64,000 nucleotides of DNA from Clostridia bacterium (GTDB lineage Bacteria > Bacillota > Clostridia > TANB77 > CAG-508): NCBI GenBank assembly GCA_045643205.1, contig JAZUKI010000005.1, positions 1 to 64,000 on the forward strand, given 5' to 3'. Positions 1 through 9,634 of this stretch are shown here, piece by piece. The notes beneath the pieces were generated by a model. It worked only from the letters and a program-made list of their open reading frames with translations. It made no database searches and was not told the origin of the DNA. The position numbers were made by a program, and so were the translations under genes. Every line of letters begins with the position of its first letter. The first letter of the stretch is position 1.

Positions 1-88
1 TAATAATAGAACTATTAATAAAAACACATATTAACACAATAACAATTTTTTCTATTGTTTCTTTTTTTATTTTATTAAAAAATAGCAT
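1..88 (-). CDS. N-terminal fragment of a membrane protein continuing off the window (possibly a polysaccharide polymerase or flippase)
   Basis: ATG at 86-88 after GGAG, overlapping the tagF-like stop. Reads MLFFNKIKKETIEKIVIVLICVFINSSII, open to the window edge, with a hydrophobic stretch. Confidence 0.6.
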   Translation of the reverse strand, partial: MLFFNKIKKETIEKIVIVLICVFINSSII

Positions 89-1274
89 TATTATAATCTC
101 CTATTTTTTCTATAATTATTTCAACAATTTTTTGAGATGCAGTACCATTTTCACATAACTTCACATCTTTAAAAAACATATTGATATTTTTTTCATAATC
201 TTTTTGATTATAATTTAAAATATTTTTTTCTAATTCTTCTTGATTTTCTGCAACCGAAAATGGAATTTCATTATTTCTAAAATTAAAATATAAACCTCTT
301 TTTTCATTATATTCATCTATATCATTAGCATAAATAAAAGCTGGTCTTTTTAAAAGTGCAAAATCAAAAATTCCACTAGAATAATCAGAAATAAAAAAAT
401 CACTTGCAATTATTAATTCTTGCATGTCATCATAATGAGTTGCATTAATAATGGTCTTATCTAATTTAGTTTTGTCATATCCATTCATTATTCTAGAATG
501 TAATCTTAATAATATAACAACTTCGCAATTAAATTTTTCTTCAAATTTTTTCTTTATTTTAGTATAATCTATATTATATTGTTTTAACGAAGTATAATCA
601 TATTCTCTAAATGTTGGCGCATATAATACTATTTTTTTGTTTTTATCAATGTTAAAATGATTAAAAACTTTTTGTTTTATATTATTAAACTTTTCTGTTT
701 CAAAAAAAATATCACTTCTTGGATTCCCGCTTTGAATAAATTCTCCGTTATACCAAAAAGCATGTCTATATATATTAGTTGTCCAATCAGAATTTGAAAC
801 AAACAAATCAACTATTTTTGAATTGTATTTTGTATTTGTTTTTGATTTAAAATTAAAATTCTGTATATCAGAATCTAATTTCTTAAATCCTAATCCTCCA
901 TGCCAAGTTTCAATATAAAATTGTTTTTTTCTTTTTCTTATCCAATAAGGTTTAGTAAAATTATCAACCCAAATTTTTGCTGTTGCTAATTCATATATCA
1001 TTTTAAGACTTCCCCAATTTACAACTTTAACATCTTTAGGAAAATCTTTTATATCTTTTTTTCTTCTTTTTATCCATACTTGTTTAATTTTGGGATAATT
1101 TTCTTTTAATTTTAATGAAATATATTTAGGATTATCATTAAATGTTACTCCACTAAAACTTGAAAAAACCACTTTGTTTTTTAAGGGTAATATACTAAAT
1201 ATAAAAAAGAAAAATCTTCCATATAATATTTCTAGTACATATAATGTGTATTCTTTTATTTTTTTCATCTTCAA
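75..1274 (-). CDS. CDP-glycerol:poly(glycerophosphate) glycerophosphotransferase family (TagF/TagB-like)
   Basis: Motifs DNPKYI, ETWHG, GNPRSD, LYAPTFR, LRLH, ISDYSS, RGLY. Confidence 0.9.
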   Translation of the reverse strand: MKMKKIKEYTLYVLEILYGRFFFFIFSILPLKNKVVFSSFSGVTFNDNPKYISLKLKENYPKIKQVWIKRRKKDIKDFPKDVKVVNWGSLKMIYELATAKIWVDNFTKPYWIRKRKKQFYIETWHGGLGFKKLDSDIQNFNFKSKTNTKYNSKIVDLFVSNSDWTTNIYRHAFWYNGEFIQSGNPRSDIFFETEKFNNIKQKVFNHFNIDKNKKIVLYAPTFREYDYTSLKQYNIDYTKIKKKFEEKFNCEVVILLRLHSRIMNGYDKTKLDKTIINATHYDDMQELIIASDFFISDYSSGIFDFALLKRPAFIYANDIDEYNEKRGLYFNFRNNEIPFSVAENQEELEKNILNYNQKDYEKNINMFFKDVKLCENGTASQKIVEIIIEKIGDYNNAIF

Positions 1275-1286
1275 TTCTCTTTTTAT

Positions 1287-2189
1287 TTATATTTTAAAAT
1301 CTAATAAAACATGTCTTTCTCTTTGATTTTCATTTGGAATCTTCATATAATTGCCATACATCATTGTTAAATATTTAGTATAATTCTTAGGAATATTCCA
1401 ATTTCTACCTTCAAATTCATGCTTTATTTCTTGATAAAAATCATCTCTTTCATATAATTCACCAAAAAAATGTTTTCTTCCTGTTGGAACTGTTACATAT
1501 TTTGTTTTAGTATTTTTACATATTTTGTTCCATCCATCATATATTATTGTCCATCTTCTTAATGTTAAAAATGAAAAAATTTTTCCGATTATTATCTTCT
1601 TTCTGAATATTTTTTTTGCTTCTTTATCATTTTTAGCTAAATTCATCATATATTTTCTATTTTTAGCAAATTTTCTACAAGAAACTATTAATCCTAAAGC
1701 TAAACTTATTGTTCCATGTATTCTTCTTAAAATTTTATTATCAAATGTATTCTCCATTATTGCAATATCTATATATGCACCACATTGATCTAATGTTGCA
1801 TCATTACATCCTCTAACTATTGTATTTTTTAATCTAACTTGCATAGCAGGAATAGAATGTCCTTCTTTATTTTGAGGATTATGAATATAATATTTTTCTG
1901 AATAATTTTCTTTAATCAAATTATATAGTTTACTGCAATCTTTTCTAGCAACATCTATATCTAAATCATCATCCCAAGGTATAAAGCCATTATGTCTAAC
2001 TGCACCAAGTGCACTTCCTCCAGTTAAATGATAATTAATGTTATTCTCTTCACATAATCCTATTATGTCATCTGCTATTGATAATATAGTTTTTTGAAGT
2101 CTTTTTAGTTGATTATCATCTAAAACAATTAATGATTCATCTTTATTGTTTGATAATCTTTTAAAGATATCAGTTGTAACTAAACTCAT
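1287..2189 (-). CDS. licD: LicD family phosphotransferase
   Basis: GGSALGAVRHNGFIPWDDDLDI; C-terminal YLTMMYGNYMKIP. Confidence 0.9.
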   Translation of the reverse strand: MSLVTTDIFKRLSNNKDESLIVLDDNQLKRLQKTILSIADDIIGLCEENNINYHLTGGSALGAVRHNGFIPWDDDLDIDVARKDCSKLYNLIKENYSEKYYIHNPQNKEGHSIPAMQVRLKNTIVRGCNDATLDQCGAYIDIAIMENTFDNKILRRIHGTISLALGLIVSCRKFAKNRKYMMNLAKNDKEAKKIFRKKIIIGKIFSFLTLRRWTIIYDGWNKICKNTKTKYVTVPTGRKHFFGELYERDDFYQEIKHEFEGRNWNIPKNYTKYLTMMYGNYMKIPNENQRERHVLLDFKI

Positions 2190-2206
2190 TTATTTTCCTT
2201 TTCTGC

Positions 2207-3088
2207 TTATTCTGCTTTAATTTTTTCAATTTTAAGAATATGATTTCCAACTCTTTTTTCTAATGGTGGTAATTGCATATAATCACCATAAATATGTTTT
2301 AAACATTCATGTTGTTTTTCTGGAGCACTATATTCATCTCCTTCAAAAACAGCTTTTGATCCTTTTCCATACCATTCTTTTGGATATATTTCTCGAAATC
2401 CATATGCGTCCATTACACATCCAACTTTATTGCATCTTTCATATTTGTTAGACTTCATAAGTTTTTCTTGTTTTGTTCTAATCTTTTTTAATTTTAAAAG
2501 TTTTCCTATATGTGTAATCTTTGCAAATCCAATCAATATTTTTTCTAAAAAGCTTCTTTTAATTATTCTTAAATGCTCTACATTTATAAACATAACTAGC
2601 ATTCTATACCATAAAACTTTAAATTTATAAATTGCAAAACTTATTTTTTTATCCGGAATGCCATCTAATGCCATGACATCTATTCCAACAAAAGTTTCTA
2701 ATGGAATTGTCTTTTTTACTGTTACTTTATATTCTTTACTTGCTATACTTATAAAATATCCTTTATAAGTGTCATCTGTAGTAAAGTGTCTAACTCTAAA
2801 TTTGTTGTTTATTTCGCTTGGTGCTATTTTTAAGAATTTTTCATAATCTTCTCTTGGCATCGATAAATCAATATCATCATCCCAAGGTATGAATCCTTTA
2901 TGTCTAACAGCTCCTAAAAGCGTTCCACCATCAATAAAATATGTTAAATTGTGTTTATTGCATATTCGAACGACTTCTTTAAACATTTCTAGTTGAATTG
3001 ATTGTATTCTTTTCAATTGTTCATCATTTAATTTACTATTAATTATTTCTTTTTGTTCACTAGAAGCTTCCTTCATACTTTTTACCAA
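2207..3088 (-). CDS. licD: LicD family phosphotransferase (start may be the ATG at 3076)
   Basis: GGTLLGAVRHKGFIPWDDDIDL; LKHIYGDYMQLPP. Confidence 0.9.
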   Translation of the reverse strand: MVKSMKEASSEQKEIINSKLNDEQLKRIQSIQLEMFKEVVRICNKHNLTYFIDGGTLLGAVRHKGFIPWDDDIDLSMPREDYEKFLKIAPSEINNKFRVRHFTTDDTYKGYFISIASKEYKVTVKKTIPLETFVGIDVMALDGIPDKKISFAIYKFKVLWYRMLVMFINVEHLRIIKRSFLEKILIGFAKITHIGKLLKLKKIRTKQEKLMKSNKYERCNKVGCVMDAYGFREIYPKEWYGKGSKAVFEGDEYSAPEKQHECLKHIYGDYMQLPPLEKRVGNHILKIEKIKAE

Positions 3089-3860
3089 AAAACTTAGCTT
3101 TTAAAAAGCTAGTTCCTTTCTTCCACCAATTTATATTTTGCATATCTATAACTTTACATTCTTTGTATGAATATCCTTTTGTATTAATCCAAACATCTAA
3201 TAATAATTCAGATACTCTTCCGTAGAATCTTGCATGAAAGCTATCGTATTCTAAATTTTTATCACTTATTCTCTTTTCAAGTTCAAAAAGAATATCAAAC
3301 ATCCAAGTACAATATTCATCAAAATACTCTTTTTTCATGATAAACATGTTAAACATGTGAGCTTTCTTCCTTTTATGAAGTTTATCAAATTCTTGAGAAT
3401 ACTCCGGATACTTTTCTTTTATGATTTCACCTGCCATATCTAATGGCTCAACATACATAGTATGTTTATAATGGTTATATAAATTTTCTATATAATAATT
3501 TCTTTGTTTTGTTAAAAGGATGTCAGTATTTTCTAAAAGTCCATTAATTTCTTCTGTTGAAAGTACATGTTGGAACTTTTCATCCTCAGTTTTATATTTT
3601 TTCTTATCTACAGTAAAATATCTTCTATAATGTACTATTCCTTTATAATCTAGGTCTTTTTCATTTTTCCAAATCCAATAAAGCCCAGTTAATTCACAAA
3701 AATTAGGGTTTTTTATAGAAATATTGTCTCCCGTATTGTCTTTAATAAAGTCTGTTTTATTCTTATTTGAATCTGCACCTACATGTAAAGGAATATATAG
3801 TTCATCTTTTGGCATTTGATAATCTTTATGAGTGCATACAAAAAGTTTTACTTTCTTCAT
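3060..3860 (-). CDS. DUF4422 domain glycosyltransferase (galactofuranosyltransferase-like)
   Basis: THK, [46 protein letters not shown]. Confidence 0.88.
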   Translation of the reverse strand: [266 protein letters not shown]

Positions 3861-3922
3861 TAATTTTACTCCATTTTTTCAATATTTTTGGTGCACAAAA
3901 TTGTGCACTCTTTGACTTATCA

Positions 3923-3951
3923 ATTATATCAAACATGGTCTTCAAGTTCAA
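3923..3951 (-). promoter_or_regulatory. sigma-A-type promoter of the polysaccharide locus
   Basis: TTGAAC-N17-TATAAT with TG extension on the minus strand. Confidence 0.6.
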
Positions 3952-4113
3952 GTTTTTTCAGCACTTTTGGGTTAACATAAAAGAAGAAAAATAAGCTTTT
4001 TTCTTATTTTTCTTCTTTCCTTGTTTTATTTGTGTCTGTTTACCATATTTTAACAATTTTTACATTATTCGACAAATTTATCCATTTTTCGATTTTTAAC
4101 GCCTTAATTTTGC

Positions 4114-4542
4114 TTATTTTTCCAATAGCTTTTGCATAGTATACCAAGCAAGCTCTGCACATTTAACTCTAGCAGGCATGTTTGATATGTTTTGTAATGC
4201 TTGTGCTTCCTCTATTTTATCTAATTCTTCTTGTGAAATTTGTTCTCTTTTTACCATTCTTAAGAAGATTTCTATTAATTTTAATGCTTCTTCTTTATTT
4301 TTCCCTTTTAATAAATCAATCATTATTGATGTTGAAGCTTGTGAAATTGCACATCCGCTTCCCACAAAAGCTAAATCTTCAATTACTTCTCCATTTATTT
4401 TAACTTCAAGTGTTATATCATCACCGCAACTAGGATTATGACCATGTTCTGAATCTGTTTTGCCTTCTAGTTCATGTTTATTATAAGTTGCTGTTGAATG
4501 TTCCATTATTACATCTGTATAAATTGAACTAATATCCTCCAT
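4114..4542 (-). CDS. sufU: SUF Fe-S cluster assembly protein SufU
   Basis: NPSCGDDI, GCAISQAS, PARVKCAELAW. Confidence 0.95.
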   Translation of the reverse strand: MEDISSIYTDVIMEHSTATYNKHELEGKTDSEHGHNPSCGDDITLEVKINGEVIEDLAFVGSGCAISQASTSIMIDLLKGKNKEEALKLIEIFLRMVKREQISQEELDKIEEAQALQNISNMPARVKCAELAWYTMQKLLEK

Positions 4543-4590
4543 TTTATATTTCCTTCTTTCTATTATGCATAACGCGATATTTGTTTTGCT

Positions 4591-5802
4591 CTATTTTACC
4601 CATTTGCTAAACATTTCTTTTGCTTTTCTTATAGCATTTACTAAGCTATCTACATCTTCTCTTGTATTATATATGTAAAAGCTCGCTCTGCATGTTGAGT
4701 CTATTCCCATGCTACTTAATAAAGGTTGTGCACAATGATTTCCTGAACGCACACATACTTTTTGGCTATCTAATATGCTTGCTACATCATGTGGATGTAT
4801 TCCTTTTAAATTAAAAGAGATTACTCCTGAATGTTTTTCTATTTCTTTTGGTCCATAAATATCTACATATTCAAGTTTATTTAGCTCATCTATAGCATAA
4901 GTTAACAAATCTTTTTCTATTTGTTCTATGTTTTTATAGCCAATTGAGTTTATATAATTAATTGCTGCTGCTAATCCTATAGCTCCTTCTACATTTTGAG
5001 TTCCCGCTTCAAACTTTGTTGGTACTTCTGCAAATGTTGTATCTTGTTCATAAACGTATTCTATCATGTCTCCACCTGATAAGAATGGATTCATTTTATC
5101 TAGTAATTCATATTTACCATATAATACGCCTATTCCCATTGGTGCTAACATTTTATGTCCTGAAAATGTTAAAAAGTCACAATCAATATCTTGTACATCT
5201 ATTTTCATGTGTGGAATACTTTGTGCAGCATCTACTATTGCTATTGCTCCAACAGAGTGTGCTCTTTGACTAATTTCTTTTACTGGATTGATTGTTCCTA
5301 ACACATTTGATACATGTGTTATTCCAACAATCTTTACACCTTCTCTAATTTTTGATAATTCTTCTTCAGAAATTATTCCATCTTCATTTACATACATGTA
5401 CTCTAATTTAGCACCTGTTTTCTTTGCAACCATTTGCCAAGGAACTAAATTAGAATGATGTTCCATAATTGAGATTAGTATAATATCATCTTTTTTTAGA
5501 TTGTTTAGTCCATACGAATATGCTATTAAGTTTATGCTTTCTGTAGTGTTTCTTGTAAATACTATTTCTTGTGATTTACTAGCATTAATAAATTTAGCTA
5601 CTGTACTTCTTGCATTGTCATATTCTTGTGTTGCACGAATACTTAATTCATATGCTCCTCTATGGATATTAGCATTATCATTTTTATAGTAATTAGTTAT
5701 AGCATCAATTACTTGAATTGGTTTTTGGGTTGTTGCACCACTATCTAGATAAGTAATATCTTTTAATATTGGAAAATCTTTTCTAATTTCGTAATTAGTC
5801 AT
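4591..5802 (-). CDS. sufS: Cysteine desulfurase SufS
   Basis: YLDSGATTQKP, MEHHSNLVPW, FSGHKM, RSGNHCAQP. Confidence 0.96.
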   Translation of the reverse strand: MTNYEIRKDFPILKDITYLDSGATTQKPIQVIDAITNYYKNDNANIHRGAYELSIRATQEYDNARSTVAKFINASKSQEIVFTRNTTESINLIAYSYGLNNLKKDDIILISIMEHHSNLVPWQMVAKKTGAKLEYMYVNEDGIISEEELSKIREGVKIVGITHVSNVLGTINPVKEISQRAHSVGAIAIVDAAQSIPHMKIDVQDIDCDFLTFSGHKMLAPMGIGVLYGKYELLDKMNPFLSGGDMIEYVYEQDTTFAEVPTKFEAGTQNVEGAIGLAAAINYINSIGYKNIEQIEKDLLTYAIDELNKLEYVDIYGPKEIEKHSGVISFNLKGIHPHDVASILDSQKVCVRSGNHCAQPLLSSMGIDSTCRASFYIYNTREDVDSLVNAIRKAKEMFSKWVK

Positions 5803-5871
5803 CTTATTCCTCTTTTTATTTCTATTTTTATTTTATTACTTCATTAATTGGTTTATTATTTTATTGTTTTA

Positions 5872-6954
5872 TTATTTTATTATTTCATCAACTGCTTGAT
5901 TAATTTTGTTTTGTAATTCTTCATCTTCAACAGAATTAATTATTTCATTAAAGCTAGCTCTTATTATTGTTTTCTTTGCTTCTTTTTCATCTAATCCTCT
6001 AGTCATTAAGTAGAATAACTTCTTGTTATCTATCTTGCCTGATGATACACCATGTTCTCCAAAAACATCTTCTTCATGGCATAAAAGGATTGGTAATGAT
6101 CTAGACTTTGCTTGTTTTGATAAAAGTATGCAATCTTCTTGTTCTTTTCCAATAGCTTTTACTGAATCTTTTTTAAAATCTATTGTTCCTTTAAAGTTTT
6201 TCTTTGCTTTGTCTGTAATTGCTCCTTTAGAATCTATAGTTACTTTAGATTTTTTTCCGATTGTTTCAACATCAAAGTTTAAATCTATTATATCTTCATT
6301 GTTTCCTAGGTAAATATTTCTTATTGTTTGTTCAGAATTATCTCCAATTAATTTTGTATAAATATTTGATATTTTATTTTTTCCTAATAAATCTAATGTT
6401 GTAGTGTATAGTTTTGCATTTTCTTGAAGATTATTTTCAATTGATATAAATGATTTTGCATCTTTACTAATATTGTTTTCTACAATTATTGTTGCAATTG
6501 CATTTTTTTCTAAGTTAGTTATAACTTTTAAATTTAGTAATGCATCTATGTTGTCTTTATTTTCTGTATTAGCTAAGTTATCTTTTGAATTACATCTAAC
6601 TTTAATTTTTGTTTCTGCATTTTCTGCAACATTAATTACTAATTCACCAATATAAGTTTTGTTATCATTATCAAACAATATTTGTACTTCAATATCTTCT
6701 TTTGAATATGCTGGAATATCAATATTAGTTGAATAATATTTGTTTGATGGTAAACTAATTTTTGAAGTAAATTCACCTTCAATTATTTTTGTATCGCTTA
6801 CTTTTGCTTTATCTAAATCATTTGCTTTATTAGTTAAAATCTTTAGTTCATTAAATTCTTTAAATTCAATATTTTCTAATTCAACTTTAATATTGTTAAT
6901 TTCATAATTGTTTGTTGTTCTTACAGGAGTTTCATTTAATACGTATTCTTTCAT
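5872..6954 (-). CDS. sufD: Fe-S cluster assembly protein SufD
   Basis: SufBD beta-helix C-terminus (EEDVFGEHG, LFYLMTRGL); position in the suf operon. Confidence 0.88.
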   Translation of the reverse strand: MKEYVLNETPVRTTNNYEINNIKVELENIEFKEFNELKILTNKANDLDKAKVSDTKIIEGEFTSKISLPSNKYYSTNIDIPAYSKEDIEVQILFDNDNKTYIGELVINVAENAETKIKVRCNSKDNLANTENKDNIDALLNLKVITNLEKNAIATIIVENNISKDAKSFISIENNLQENAKLYTTTLDLLGKNKISNIYTKLIGDNSEQTIRNIYLGNNEDIIDLNFDVETIGKKSKVTIDSKGAITDKAKKNFKGTIDFKKDSVKAIGKEQEDCILLSKQAKSRSLPILLCHEEDVFGEHGVSSGKIDNKKLFYLMTRGLDEKEAKKTIIRASFNEIINSVEDEELQNKINQAVDEIIK

Positions 6955-8423
6955 TATCCGATACTCCCTTCTAATTCTAAATTAATTAAGTTGTTCATCT
7001 CTACTGCATATTCTAATGGTAAAGCCTTAGATATTGGATTTGCAAAGCCTCTAACTATCATTGCTTTTGCATCTTTTTCACTAATTCCTCTACTCATTAA
7101 ATAAAATATTGCTTGATCAGATATTTTTCCAATTGTTGCTTCATGTGAATATTCAATATCATCTGTTTCAATAATATCGTTTGGAATAGTGTCTGAACGT
7201 GATTCGCTATCAAGCATTAAACTCTCACATGAAACTGTTAATTTAGAATTTATTGCTGTTGGTTTTACATGAACATTACTTCTAAAAGTACAAATTCCAC
7301 CATCTTTTGAAATTGATTTTGCATCGACTATTGATGATGTATTTTTACCAAGTTGTACAATTTTCATACCTGTATCTAAATTTTGTCCACGTCCTGCAAA
7401 TGATATACCAGTATATTCACATGTACTTCCATCACCTTGTAAAATGCTCATTGGATAAAGCATTGAAATTTTTGATCCGAATGAACCAGTAACCCATTCA
7501 ATTTTTCCATTTTTTCCAACTATGACTCTTTTTGAATTTAAGTTCATCATATTTTTTGACCAGTTTTCAATTGTTGAATATCTTAATGATGCATTATCTT
7601 TTACAAATAGTTCTACACATCCTGCATGTAAATTTATTTCATTATATTTTGGTGCTGAACAACCTTCTATAAAATGAAGGGTTGCGCCTTCTTCAACTAT
7701 AATTAATGTATGTTCAAATTGTCCTGCACCTGGAGCATTTAGTCTAAAGTATGATTGAATTGGAATTGATAAATTAACTCCTTTTGGAACATACACAAAT
7801 GAGCCACCTGACCATACTGCATAATGTAGCGCTGCAAATTTATGATCAGTCATTGGAATACATTTCATGAAATATTGTTTTACTAAATCAGGGTATAATT
7901 TTACTGCTTGATCAAAGTCTGTATAGATGACACCTTGTTTTACTAAATCTTCTTTAATACTGTGATATACTATTTCGCTATCATATTGTGCTCCAACTCC
8001 TGCTAATGCTTCTTTTTCAGCTTCTGGTATTCCTAAAGCATCAAATGTTGATTTTATTTCATCTGGAACATCATCCCATGTTTTACTATTTAATTTTGAT
8101 TGAGGTCTAACGTATGTTGCAATTTTACTCATGTCTAATTCTGATAAATCTGGTCCCCAGTTTGGCATTGGTAATTTTTCATACATTTCTAATGCTTTTA
8201 ATCTAATATTAAGCATCCATTCTGGTTCTTGTTTCTTTTCTGAAATTTCTCTAATTATATCTTCAGTTAGGCCTATTGTTTTATAACTATATTTGTCTTC
8301 ATTTTTTAAATTATAAATATTTTCAACTGTTTCATCTTTGAATTTATTTACATTAGTCTTATTTACATTAGCTCTATCTAACTCAGTTTTATTAACATCA
8401 TTTTGATTTACATCAATTTTCAA
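6954..8423 (-). CDS. sufB: Fe-S cluster assembly protein SufB
   Basis: GVGAQYDSE, AVWSGGSFVYVP, GQFEHTLI, EGCSAP, LPLEYAVEMN. Confidence 0.97.
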   Translation of the reverse strand: MKIDVNQNDVNKTELDRANVNKTNVNKFKDETVENIYNLKNEDKYSYKTIGLTEDIIREISEKKQEPEWMLNIRLKALEMYEKLPMPNWGPDLSELDMSKIATYVRPQSKLNSKTWDDVPDEIKSTFDALGIPEAEKEALAGVGAQYDSEIVYHSIKEDLVKQGVIYTDFDQAVKLYPDLVKQYFMKCIPMTDHKFAALHYAVWSGGSFVYVPKGVNLSIPIQSYFRLNAPGAGQFEHTLIIVEEGATLHFIEGCSAPKYNEINLHAGCVELFVKDNASLRYSTIENWSKNMMNLNSKRVIVGKNGKIEWVTGSFGSKISMLYPMSILQGDGSTCEYTGISFAGRGQNLDTGMKIVQLGKNTSSIVDAKSISKDGGICTFRSNVHVKPTAINSKLTVSCESLMLDSESRSDTIPNDIIETDDIEYSHEATIGKISDQAIFYLMSRGISEKDAKAMIVRGFANPISKALPLEYAVEMNNLINLELEGSIG

Positions 8424-8441
8424 AACAATTTTCCTTTCTGA

Positions 8442-9176
8442 TTATTTGATATAATCTGCAAATCCATTTTTATCTATTTCTTCAGCTAAACTACTATCTC
8501 CAGTTTTAACAATTTCTCCATTTACTAATATATGTACATAATCAACCTTTAAATCTGCAATTAATTTAAGTGAGTGTGTTATTAATAAAATTGCATTGTC
8601 TTCATTCTTGAACATGTTAATTCCTTTTGAAACAATTTTTATTGCGTCAACATCAAGTCCTGAATCAGTTTCGTCAAGAATTGCAAGTTTTGGATTAAGT
8701 GTTAACATTTGAAGAATTTCATTTTTCTTTTTTTCTCCACCAGAGTATCCTACGTTTAAATCTCTGTTTGCATATGTTGGATTTATATCTAATTCATTCA
8801 TATTTTTTTCAATTTCTTTTTTAAATTCAAATAATCTAACAGGTTGACCAGTTATTGAATTTTTAGCAGTTTTTAAAAAGTTAGTTACATTAATACCTGG
8901 AACTTCTTCAGGGTTTTGGAATGACATAAATATGCCTTTCTTTGCAACTTCATCAGTTTTACAATTAGTTACATTTTCTCCATCAAAAATAATTTCTCCA
9001 CTTTCAATATTATACTCAGGATTATGCATAATAACATTTGCAAGAGTTGACTTACCAGCACCATTTGGGCCCATTATTACATGGACTTCACCTTTGTTTA
9101 TTTTTAAATTTAATCCTTTTAATATATCTTTTTCGCCAACTTTTGCATGTAATTCATTTATATTTAATAATTCCAT
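8442..9176 (-). CDS. sufC: Fe-S cluster assembly ATPase SufC
   Basis: MGPNGAGKST, GYSGGEKKKNEILQ, ILDETDSGLDVDA. Confidence 0.97.
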   Translation of the reverse strand: MELLNINELHAKVGEKDILKGLNLKINKGEVHVIMGPNGAGKSTLANVIMHNPEYNIESGEIIFDGENVTNCKTDEVAKKGIFMSFQNPEEVPGINVTNFLKTAKNSITGQPVRLFEFKKEIEKNMNELDINPTYANRDLNVGYSGGEKKKNEILQMLTLNPKLAILDETDSGLDVDAIKIVSKGINMFKNEDNAILLITHSLKLIADLKVDYVHILVNGEIVKTGDSSLAEEIDKNGFADYIK

Positions 9177-9333
9177 AAAACTGCCTTTCTATTTATATAT
9201 TTTAATTGCTTTTTTCTTATAGTTTTGTTATCTTTTATTTGCAAATTTAGTTTTTCTATTTTATAGTAAACTAACCTTTTTTATAATAAATTAACTATTT
9301 TTTATGATTTGTTAGAGTAATCTAACATTTTAA

Positions 9334-9363
9334 ATTTTATCACTATTTACGGCTCTTTGTCAA
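9334..9363 (-). promoter_or_regulatory. Putative suf operon promoter
   Basis: TTGACA-N18-TAAAAT with TG extension. Confidence 0.55.
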
Positions 9364-9458
9364 ACTATTTTTCTAATAATATCTAGTAATTTTTAATAAA
9401 AAACTAGACATTAATTTTATCTTGTGTTAATATCTAAAAGTGCAAATAATTGATATTT

Positions 9459-9545
9459 GCCGCTGTGTTGGAATTGGTAGACGAGACGGACTCAAAATCC
9501 GTTGCCAGTAATGACGTGTGGGTTCAAGTCCCACCAGCGGCACCA
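9459..9545 (+). tRNA. tRNA-Leu (CAA), CCA encoded
   Basis: Acceptor GCCGCTG/CAGCGGC, D-loop TGGTAG, anticodon arm ACGGA-CTCAAAA-TCCGT, long variable arm, GGTTCAAGTCC, 3' ACCA. Confidence 0.97.
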
Positions 9546-9559
9546 ATTAATTTTAAAGC

Positions 9560-9598
9560 AAAAAGAAAGTAGACTTTTAAGTCTACTTTCTTTTTTTT
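9560..9598. terminator. Bidirectional intrinsic terminator (tRNA / DUF4190 gene)
   Basis: AAAAAGAAAGTAGACTT-TT-AAGTCTACTTTCTTTTT. Confidence 0.85.
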
Positions 9599-9634
9599 AT
9601 TTTAATATTTAAATTCTATTTTTTTAATTTAAAA

